Assembly: GCA_030704615.1 (NCBI GenBank)
Contig: CM060733.1
Location: forward strand, 63,736,001-63,800,000
Source: Takakia lepidozioides
Taxonomy: Eukaryota; Plantae; Bryophyta
Reading direction: 5' to 3'
DNA length: 64,000 nucleotides
Both the position numbers and the translations under genes were made by a program. The notes under the pieces are model-generated. The model ran no database searches. It was not told the origin of the DNA and saw only the letters and a list, made by a program, of their open reading frames with translations. How positions within the stretch are numbered: position 1 is the first letter of the stretch; every line of letters starts with the position of its first letter. Positions 39,535-49,613 of this stretch are shown in pieces.

Positions 39535-40349
39535 CTTTCAAGGGCACACCTCTCTGCTGCCTACACCTATCTCTTAATACTGTCATGGGACACCCTTTCG
39601 GTCATACCTAGTGGCTCCAGGGGTCGAGGTTTGACGGCTCGATCGAACAGTTGTATTAGAAGGTGAATGGTGGGCCCCCTCACCTTCCCCTGCAAAGAAT
39701 ATAAATCCCTCACCCACTCTGGCTGGATATCATTTTGATTTTCTTTTGAGTGCGAAGCCATTCACATAGAAATCTCCCTCCAGTTGAGTGGAACAAATCT
39801 CTGATGCTGCAAGTTGCGAACTCTTCTCTCACACACACATGCGAATGCGTAGTCATGTGAACACCTCTCTTCATGAGAACCTTTTATGTAGTATCTACGT
39901 GGGTGAACTCAAGCTCTTCATGTTGCAGATGATGAAGGTGGAACTAGACTATTTCAATCCACAACCGGAAGTGGGATCTTCCAGATTGTAAGTGGCCTTA
40001 GTCAGATTAAGGCCTCAAATCTGATGATTGAGTCTCCCAGCATGTGAGATGTGTGTTTTTGGGTTTTTCACCTTGCATCTGCATATTCTAGCAATATTGT
40101 AAAACTCAAAAATTCCTGACATCCTCAAGTGAACTCTGAGAATAAGGAGGAGATAGGATATTTTGCTAAATCTGTAGGTAGTAGGTGTAAGAGTCAGTTG
40201 TATCCAAACCAGTTAGTCTTCAAGATGAAAGCATGTGGCTCATTCTATAGTGATGACTCCTTATGTTAAAAAACTATTTTAAATGAATATAGGTTTATGG
40301 TCGGTTCAATATCCCTAGTGATAATAGATAAGGACGACCCTTAGCAAAG

Positions 40350-40990
40350 TTGGACATTGACCCTAGAGAGTGGTCCTGGACCTTTTCCAGATCGCCTGCA
40401 CCCTTCTTTGCTTATACCACTAAGAAAGGCTACAAAGCGCTATCACATACTCCACATATGAAAATGAAATGGGAATCAAAATGGAGCCTTCATGGATTTC
40501 AAGATGAAAACTGGGCGGCTATTTGGGGCTCAGTCTGGATTAAAACGTGCCCAGCCAAGATTTCGGCGTTTCTATGGCAGGTAGTCAACAGGGTACTCAA
40601 AGTGGGTGAATGGCTCCAATTTCACGATACCCTCTTATGTGCATGCCGTTCACTTCGAACCTATGGAACACTGCTTCCTCTTTTGTACAGCACCGGCAAT
40701 GATTTGGCCATTAATCAAAGCTTTCTATCTCCATTGGAATCCAAGGAACCTCTCCTCTATCAACCTATTGCTCAATTATGAACCTTCATCAAAGTCTAGA
40801 GCCATTACCTGCCCGGTTTATGAAGCCTTTAGAAGCTTTACACTCTGGCACTTGTGGAAAATCCGTTGCAAAAACACTTTCTCAGGCCAATCCACCACGA
40901 TCTCATCTCTACTTTCCAGCATTTTCTATGACCTGCAAACTGAAGCCAGGAAGGCAGGGCAAAAACGTGTGCAGATATCGCCAGAGACGG
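40350..40990 (+). pseudogene. L1-clade LINE 3' fragment (zf-RVT)
   Basis: WAAIWGSVWIKTCPAKISAFLWQV..LKVGEWL..C....EPMEHCFLFC..IW...LWHLWKIRC, frameshifted. Confidence 0.8.
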
Positions 40991-42611
40991 GAGGAATGCA
41001 TCTGCGATCCATGAATTGTTTCAAAAGTCATGGGGCCGCCAGGGTTTCATCTGCTACAGCCCCTCGCAAGAGCGTTGTCTATGGACCGACCTCCCTCCAG
41101 CAGCGTGGCGAGACCACCGCAACCCCTTGCACACTGTCCCCTGAGTTCGAGCGCGAAGTGAATTGGAAACATGTGAAGCCATCAGCGAAAGCCTCTAGGC
41201 TCCATTACAAGTAGAGCTCAGTCTGTGTTCTAAAAGTCAAAGGCCTTAACTTCAGTTCTTCCTCATCTCCCTGCTTTCTTGGTCGGTCTTCTATCGACAC
41301 ATATGTTCCAAACAGGCTCATAGTATTGAAGTGGTCTTCTCGGGAATTGATCCCTGGCAGGTGTTGTAGGTAATCCGCCTCTATAGGATGAAAGATCATT
41401 TTACACTGATTACGGTGTGTATGCCTTATGGTGAGTAAGGGGTTTTAATTTTTTTCCCCAGAATAATCCCAAATAATTTGTAAGGGCTTTGTCCCAATAC
41501 AATAAATAATAAAGTTAACCAGGGATACAATCCCCTTGTTAACAATAAGAATAATAATAATGAAGAGGTTGTACCTGTTCTCTAAAAACAAATAAAAGAA
41601 AAACCAATCACACCCAGCAAAGCTCCTGTCAAATCTTTGTCCCATGCCAAACCATCCCCTGGGAGGACCAAGGCCAAAGGTGCCACACATGGGCGCATAT
41701 TCAAGAAGGGCGCCCATTAGAAAAGGCCCGGGAGTTTAATGTTGCGTGGCACCGCCTACCCCCCAGATGCACCCGCTTCGCCGGCTCCTGCGCAACTTGG
41801 GGTCGCTGCGCCCCGGGACCCCCGCGCCACCCCTCCCGCCCCCTCCGCCCCCCGCGCCCCCCATCCCCCTGCCCGCCCCCTGCCCGCCAGCCGTTATCAC
41901 AACACATGAATTATGTTTCACATGACAGCTGTCACCACAATGCAACATCGCACTGGCATTAGCACATGAATCGGATGGATGGGATAAATCATGATTCATG
42001 TGCTGCAATCACCCATGATGATGGACGACCTCACATTACAGGATGTGACACATAGTCATATATGGCCGTAGGGAGATCGCAATCATCATGCTTGCGTGCT
42101 TTTCGCGTCCAGTTCGCACGCACATGGTGGACCTGTCGATTCGAGTGTGGCCCCTCGCCTGTCACTCCCCACGTCGATGCTTGATTGTTTCAATTCATGG
42201 CAGCCACAGGACAGGTTCTCCAAGCTTCCTGGCGTGTGTAGGGCCGAAATGTATGATCCCGATGGAAGCGGTGTTACAAGCACTTCCTTGCACAGTATGA
42301 ATCACGGCTGTTATAAAGTGTTGGCTGAGCTGTGGCGGTGAAACGATTACTCATTCGACTTTACTATAGGGTTTCATTTTGGGAAAATTTGGAAGTCATT
42401 CGTGTGATTTGTAGCTTTTTTCTTCCTCTTGCTTGGCGTTTTTGTCTACTGAAGTCCATTTGCGTGCTTCCTATTTTAGTGTGAGTTGTTGCTTTGACAT
42501 TCCAGCAACCTCTATTCTGCTAGAGGATTCTTCAGGAAGAGGGTAGAGGATTTGGAGTGGGTGTCGATATGGTGAAACAATCCTCCATGCGCGAAGCGCG
42601 TCGGACGTACA

Positions 42612-43748
42612 ATGAAATTGATGACACTCAACCCACGAGAAAAACGCCCCTCTGACGCCCTCAACAGTGAAGCAGACAGTAGCCCCCCAAAAAATCAAGG
42701 GGCCCCACTGCGCAAGACCAACTTCAATGCATGGACACCTCCAGGCCGCCCACCCTCCCTCAACTATGGCTGGGATATGAAGCGCTCAAGCAACAGGCAC
42801 TTGACTCGCAACTCCCCATCATAGTCGAAGATCAATCCGGCTTCGAACTCCAGAGCCTGGGCCTTAGTAATTCCGAAATCTATGAATTGCAGAACTGCCT
42901 GAAAGCGTACCCGCACGTCCCGCAGCTCCTGTTTCCAACAGCCAGATTGGATGGGCGAGAGGGCCAATTCTACCCCCTCACTCAATTACCAAAAGGGACC
43001 AATGATTGATCCTACATCAGGTCTATCGGAGGCCCCCCCGCACATAGTGATTCGGTTTGATACCGATATAGAGATACCCAAGGAACAAGCTCTCCAAAGA
43101 GCTCGCAAAAGGTTCGAGACAATGAATACCCCATCAGGGAACTGACTGTACTCCCCAATCATAGCGCTCTCCAAGCACGGCAGCTCGACCTGGTGTGGCC
43201 TTCTCAAAGTAGAACTACTTCACCCCAAAACTGACGGATTGGATCTCCTACGAGGCGATCGGGCATTCATCATCAACATGGCCTCGGGCATGCCAATGCA
43301 GGGGAAGGTCGAGAAGGCCTTCGACCTCTCGGCATCCATTGACTACCTCTGACTCTACTTGGCGAGCGACGCCCTTCTAGGTACGATTGGAAGCAAGCTT
43401 ACTATGCATCTAATTACGGAAACCTACTACCATGGAGATGAGTTTGAAATACTCCACGTTGCCAAGACTGGCCCCGATACCAAACCTTCCCGGACGGAAA
43501 CATTTCTGCGGGCAGCTGACCGATCAAAAGATCCAGTCAAACTGGCGGAGGCAATGAAATTTTTTGTCCATGGCACCCCGCTTCATAATTGTCAGGATGG
43601 GTTGGAAGGGGAGAAGAGGACAACGAAAGTGAAGAGGTGCCTGAACGACAATGAGGTCGATCTGGCAGCCGAGGCAGAAATGGCCTCATGGCGATCCGAT
43701 TTCAACCTCTGGACAACAGACGCGTTTCTGTTATTGAAGAAGAGGTGA
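42612..43748 (+). pseudogene. Decayed ORF of unknown function, probably transposon-derived
   Basis: Coding-like frames 42612-43145 and 43359-43748 separated by stops. No recognisable domain. Confidence 0.35.
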
Positions 43749-44350
43749 AAAAAATATTAGATGGTCATCATGAATGCTTATTTAGGGTTTGTTTGTGTAG
43801 AAGAGGTGAAAAAAAAAGTTGAGCTCTATCATTGTCAAACTTCTTCAGGTTTCTGTTATTGAAGAAGAGGTGAAAAAAAAACCAGATGGTCATCATGAAT
43901 GCTTATTTAGGGAATAAATTAGGGATTGTTTGTGAAGAAGAGATTTAAAAAAAACTTGAGCTCTACCATTGTCAAACTTCTTCAGGTTTCTGTTATTGAA
44001 GAAGAGGTGAAAAAAAACCAGATGGTCATCATGAATGCTTATTTAGGGTTTGTTTGTGAAGAAGAGGTGAAAAAAAATTGAGCTCTATCATTGTCAATCT
44101 TGTTCAGGTTTCTGTTGATGAAAAAGAGGTGAATAAAAAATCAGATGTCATCATGAATAAATTAGGGTTTGTTTTGTGAAGAAAGAGGTGAAAAAAAAAA
44201 CATATGTCATCATGAATGCTTATTTAGGGTTTGTTTTTGTATAGAGGACGTGGAAAACAAATGAAACTGTCATTGTGAAACTTGTTCAGGTGCCTGTTAT
44301 TCAAGAAGAAGTGGAAAAAAAAACAGATGGTCATCATGAAGTTTTTTTAG
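43725..44350 (+). repeat. Tandem array of ~60-bp monomers in two alternating variants
   Basis: GAAGAAGAGGTGAAAAAAAA core followed by either CAGATGGTCATCATGAATGCTTATTTAGGGTTTG or TTGAGCTCTATCATTGTCAAACTTCTTCAGGTTTCTG; about 10 units. Confidence 0.9.
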
Positions 44351-44666
44351 GCAATGCTTTTGTAGAGGCCGTGAAAAAATAAAATGGGCTTTCATACTGA
44401 CACTTGTCCATGTTTGGCAGGCCCTCGAACTTTTTCTTTTTTTTTTTTTTTTTTTTCTGGCCCGGGGCAATATTGGGGGTTGGGGCAGAAGTGGTGTGCG
44501 TTGACGCACTCAATTTTAGAGGCTCGTTAACCAAACCCGATGAAAAAATAAACTACATTTCATAACGAGACATCACTTGCTTGTCCAGATTTAAGAACTG
44601 TGTATACATGTTCTACAAACAAGGCAGCCCTTTCTGACATTGCGAAAAATCGCAACATATGCAACA

Positions 44667-45238
44667 CTACTCGATATTGCCAATGTCTCGCTGCAAAAGT
44701 GTCCGTACCTCACCAGAACCTAGTGTCGCCTGGTGAATGATTTGGTCTCTTTTGGGATCACAATACATCCTGCGCAAAAAGATGTAGTAAAGATGCTTGC
44801 AGGGAACCCATTTCCCTCTCTTTCTTAGAGCTTCCTCACGCATGCACACGAAGTTGGGACAGGTACACCCCGGAAAATTTCCCACCGTCACCTGATAGGC
44901 CCTGTCATGCAAAACAGACCCAGATGTGAAGTATAAACCCGTCCATACCTAGGTGAAGGTACTTCCATAGTTCCTGTTACCCGAGCCTGAAGTAGTCTGG
45001 CCGATTCCACCTTCGCATCGTGATCAGGCCCCGAAGCCACCCGATGCACTGTTTTGCCATTCCTTCTTGTAGGATGCGAAGTATCGTCTGGAGGAGGCAC
45101 CATAGCAGCAAGGCCACCAAGAGTCGACGCCACAGATCGGTGCAGACGAAAGCCGACATCCTCCAACTTGCCCATCTCCAGTTCGTCAATGATCATCCTG
45201 AAATCATGATCATGGAAAAATTGAGTGTGTTGACGCAC
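44667..45238 (-). pseudogene. SWIM zinc-finger protein gene (frameshifted)
   Basis: YQVTVGNFPGCTCPNF...WVPCKHLYYIF matches the SWIM CxC-xn-CxH pattern. It joins the upstream frame 44888-45238 through a frameshift. Confidence 0.75.
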
Positions 45239-45495
45239 TCAGTTCTCGGGGGGGGGGAGGTGGGGGGGTTTTTGGGTTTCCCCCAAAACCCGCCGGGTAC
45301 CCGGGGTGAAAATCCGGACCCGCACTTGTCGTCGATGATCATCCTGAAATCATCATCATGAAGAAATTGAGTGCGTTGACGCACTCAGTTCTCCCGGGGG
45401 GGGGGGGGGAGAGGGAACCAAAAAAAAAAAAAAAAAAAAAAAATCAGATGTGCTATGAAACATTCCTCACTAATTATTGTCCTCTTCATCGCAGA

Positions 45496-46399
45496 CCCAT
45501 CTATTTGAGGCCGTCTGTCTCAAGGGTACATCCACTGTCGACTCCCACCACAGTGGTGGAGTTCGAGCTTCATGGGGGATGATGTTTCATAAATGAGAGG
45601 TTCGATCCTGTCGTCGACGACATGCACTACAACTATGTCGACTCCAACGTATGTTTGCGAAAGCCAAATGGAACGCCTTGGAGAGGGGCCCGTGAAAAAA
45701 GCCCGGTTTTTATCCAAACGATCATTGAGAGTTGTTCTCGGCCAGGGGCCCGCATCATAGATCTCACTCTCGGCACATGTTTCTCTTCTTGCCTTTGTCA
45801 TCGATTTCTTTTCTTCTGCACCTTCTTTACTCAATATTCTAAAACTCTAATTCCTTCAATTTGTCTCTTGCAGGCGCTTCTTACCATGCTTGCAAGGCAG
45901 ATGGCAGGCACTTGTTTGGTATGGAAGGAGTTGCAGATATTTTTACTGGCCTCCTCGCCGAGTTGCAAGGGGGTGCGTCTACCTCCAATGTCAAGGATGT
46001 TACTGCGCAAATTGATATCCTCGACAGTGACGACAAAGACCTGGACAATGACTTTTCATGTGAGTAAGTTCATTTTCTTCCCTGTGTATATGCTCTGTCG
46101 TGTCCCCTTCTGTTGTCTGATTGTTACCCAAATGGTGCATTTCTGATTGCAGGAATGTGAACGCACTCCCGTGGCCCCTGTCTTCCATATACTTGAGGGA
46201 CTTGTGCTGGAGCCCACCTCCTAATTATGTCCTTCCCGATTACGCGGAAGACATTGCTCGTGTGCAAGCAGCTGTGCTTTCTCCTCTACCTTTGCATTGG
46301 AGTTCCAGGAAGACGCTCAGGCACCTCTTCATAGATGATAGTGCAGCAGTTTCAGGTGGTAGCAGTAGCAGTGTTGATACCACCTACGGATGTACTTGA
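45496..46399 (+). pseudogene. N6-adenine/N4-cytosine DNA methyltransferase (N6_N4_Mtase-like) C-terminal, SAM-binding half, with spliceosomal introns
   Basis: REKSPVFIQTIIESCSRPGARIIDLTLGT | (G/C)ASYHACKADGRHLFGME matches the beta-class pattern KP..l...li...s..Gd.vlD...G.Gtt..aa...gR..iG.E. Introns 45779-45873 and 46064-46153 (GT-AG). No DPPY/SPPY motif seen. Confidence 0.7.
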
Positions 46400-47004
46400 G
46401 GGCATTCATTTATGGAACATGAGGGGACACACTCTCCGTTTTCCGTTGCACCACCATTTCTCTTCCCACCATCCGTTGTAATGAGCACGGACTACAATGA
46501 AATTCACATCCCTGAATTGAAACATTCTCTCCCCCGCGTCCTGCGGATTTGAAAGTGTTTTCATTCTAATCTTTGCTCTCAAATTCAACCGTGTGCATTC
46601 AATAGAAGTTTTTCAACAGAGATGAATATGTGCATAGTCTAGTAGACAGTCATTCGACATATGCCATCACACCAATATTTGGTTGGATGGATGGAGGATG
46701 AATGTTTTTGGATGGATGAACCCCGATTGGATGTACACTATGGATGAATGTTGCATGCATGGATGGTCCCATGGATGATGTCAGTGCGCAGTATCATGCA
46801 CATGGGCAGGATGGCGAGGTTCACTGTCGGGGTTGAGGTGGGTCCCTAAAGCTAACAAGGGTTAGGGTTTCTGTTTGGGGTTGCAGGGTTAATATGGATG
46901 AAGACGTGTTTCTACAGTAATGGATCCTCTTCCACGGAAATAGATGCCGCATCTTTCCCAAAATCATGCCACGTGTCCTGGGCTCACGTGGCTAGGCTCA
47001 CACT

Positions 47005-47360
47005 CTAGCATCCCCCGAGAATGCCTAGCGCGACGCCACCTCGGGAGGGGTGGTAAGGGGCAGATCGCCGAGAGAGGTATTGTGTGGCGGTTAGGGGGTG
47101 ATATGTTGGAAGAAGTTTGTTTAAGTAAGAGCTATTGAGGGTGTTGGTGTTTAATTTGGTTTCTTGTAGGAGGATATGTGGGGAGACAGAGTCGGTAAGG
47201 AGGTGTATAAGACTTTGAATACCTGTAGCTAGGGATCCCACATTCCAGGTAGTGATGCAAAGTGAGTGCGCATGTTGGCTAGGGGTCATATGGGGGTGGG
47301 GAAGTGTTGCATTTGGGTGGGGAGGTATTGTAGAGTTAGGGGTTTGGGACGGAGTGGCGT

Positions 47361-47407
<47 letters not shown>

Positions 47408-48660
47408 GTGTTTGGCCGAGGGTTGATAGCCGGGAATTGGGGAGTGTGGGCTTGGAGGGTGGCCTGGAGAATGTTGCTTGACATGATTGGGAATTTGAGC
47501 GAGGTAACGTGGAGGTCTTGGGTGGGGTCGGATAGATGATCCCCTAATATTTTGTGGGCCTCCCCAAGAGTTGATTGGAGGAGTTGAAGCGATGTGTGAA
47601 GTTCTACTAGGTAGTGAGGAGGTGCTATATAGTTTTGGGGGTGGGTTGGTAGTTGCTGTAGTTTGTCTAAGAGTGCTTGGACTTGTGAGACTGTGTGGAC
47701 CATGAAGTAGTCATTGCATAATGTTGGTAGTGGGGAGATGATAATTATTAAAGAAAATAAAATGTGCTATGGTTGGTATTGGGTGAGTTCATAGGCAGCT
47801 AGGGCAAGGGCAGGGAAGTCACAGGTAGGGAGGCCAAAAGTGGATATTGTGTATGTGGTTGCAGATTGGGTGGTGGATGAGTTGGTGAGAAGGGGCATGA
47901 AATGGTCAGATAGATGTTGATATGCTGGCCTGAGTGAGACAGTGTTGTTTTGAAAGTAAAGCGTATAACGATCTTGAGGGTCCGTAGAGAGTTCATTGAT
48001 AATATTATTGATACTGTCTGGTCCCGGGTTGGGATGGATGTCACTGCATCTCATAAGTATGAGTAGTGCACATGTTAGTTTAAATTTATTGTGATGCGAT
48101 GGGGGGGGGTGGTGGAGGGAGTGCTTGGATGCCAGGGGCTATAGTTGGTACTGACCATGGGGGCAGTGTGTTAGGAGGTAGATGTGGGGAGGTGGATTTA
48201 TGTAGGTGAGTGTGACAGAGAGATATATAGAGAGTGTGTCGAGGTTGGGTATGTCTGTATAGATACTGATGTGGGTAAAGGTGGAGCTAGTGGCGGTAAA
48301 ATGTGGGGGTAGGTGAAGGGGTAGTATATATGTATATGAGGGCTTATAATGCATTCTGTATGTATGAGTGGTATCCTAGGGATGGCGGTGGGTGTGGTGT
48401 ATTAGCCTTATAAGGGGAGATGGATGTCTGGGTTGGATGTAGTGTTGCGGGGGTATTAGCATGTAAGTCATGGGATGATGAGTATTGTAGACTTTAGTGG
48501 AACATGATGGATGAAATCCCCTTAGTAGGGTTCTGATGTGGATGGATGTGGGTTTTGGTATACGGATGAAGTATTGGTTGTGGATGACGGGGGGGTGGTG
48601 TATAACCACCCGGAGTAGAAAATCCAACGAGCTCCCACTCTCTACCCTCAAATCATCCAC
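47005..48660 (-). mobile_element. LINE fragment: 2A-like peptide followed by the start of an APE endonuclease
   Basis: LLILMRCSDIHPNPGP (48019-48066), then LCITTWNVGSL...ILLQETKL...RGGVA (APE motifs). Truncated at ~47005. Confidence 0.8.
47361..47406 (+). repeat. Poly-G tract (~46 bp), encoding poly-Pro on the minus strand
   Basis: Uninterrupted G run. Confidence 0.95.
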
Positions 48661-49613
48661 AAAGAACAATCAAATGGTACCAAGCCCGTTCTACACAGAG
48701 TCCTCCGAAGGTCGCCAACCCAAATGCACACTTCAACGTGGGTACCCCACCCCCGCCACACTCAACCATTCCCAAGGAGCTGTGAACTGCTCCGCCCACA
48801 ATTGTCACATCCCCTGTTGAAAATATGGAAAAACATATTTTTTAGCGTCTCATTTTACAATAATTGGGAAGTTATGGCGCACGCGCGAGCTGACCGGTGG
48901 GCCCCGCGCACGGACGCCCCCGCCCGCCGCTGCATGCGGTCGCCCAGCTGCGCCCGCTGCTGCTGCGGGCGCAGCACCCGCGGCAGCCCTGCCCCTGGTC
49001 CGCCGCGGCCAGTCTGCTGCCCTCCAGTCCGCTTCCCCTAAGTCCGCGAGACCGCCAGTCTGCCGGCCAATCCGCTGTGCATGCCAGGCCGCGCTGTGCC
49101 AGTCCCCTCACGTCCACCCTGCCAGTCTGCCCACCAGTCCGCTGCCCATGAGTCCGTTTTCCTCCCGTCCATTCGTAAATGCCATCTGAGCCCTCCATTT
49201 TTAGGGCATGAATTCAAACCTTATCCCTGGCGCCTGCCACTTGCTAGCAGACACAAACGTGCGCACTGATGCTCCTTGCACGTTGTCCATCGTGTCTAGT
49301 GTACTGCGGCGCATTTCTTGCAAGTTCTGAAGCATGTCCTCTGTATTGTACATGGCATGGACGGGGAAGCAGAAGGCGACGATATACTGAAAACGGGAAG
49401 CTAGATTATACGGCCTCTTCGACAAAGTTTGCAAAACACCCAAACCAGGACCCTTCAACACGAAGGACCTCCATTGGAAGAGAGACACGCAATATGGTTA
49501 TATGGGTGCGCGAGTGAATGTTCAGAAGACCTGCATACCGTGGGATAGAGTTGATGACTTTCTCCTTGGAGAGGAGAGTTTGGTGGACTACCCCACTCAG
49601 TTTTGGGTGAATG

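Noticed and set aside
43725-44350. CRISPR-like array
   Set aside because: The intervening sequences are themselves repeats rather than unique spacers, the context is eukaryotic and there are no cas genes.
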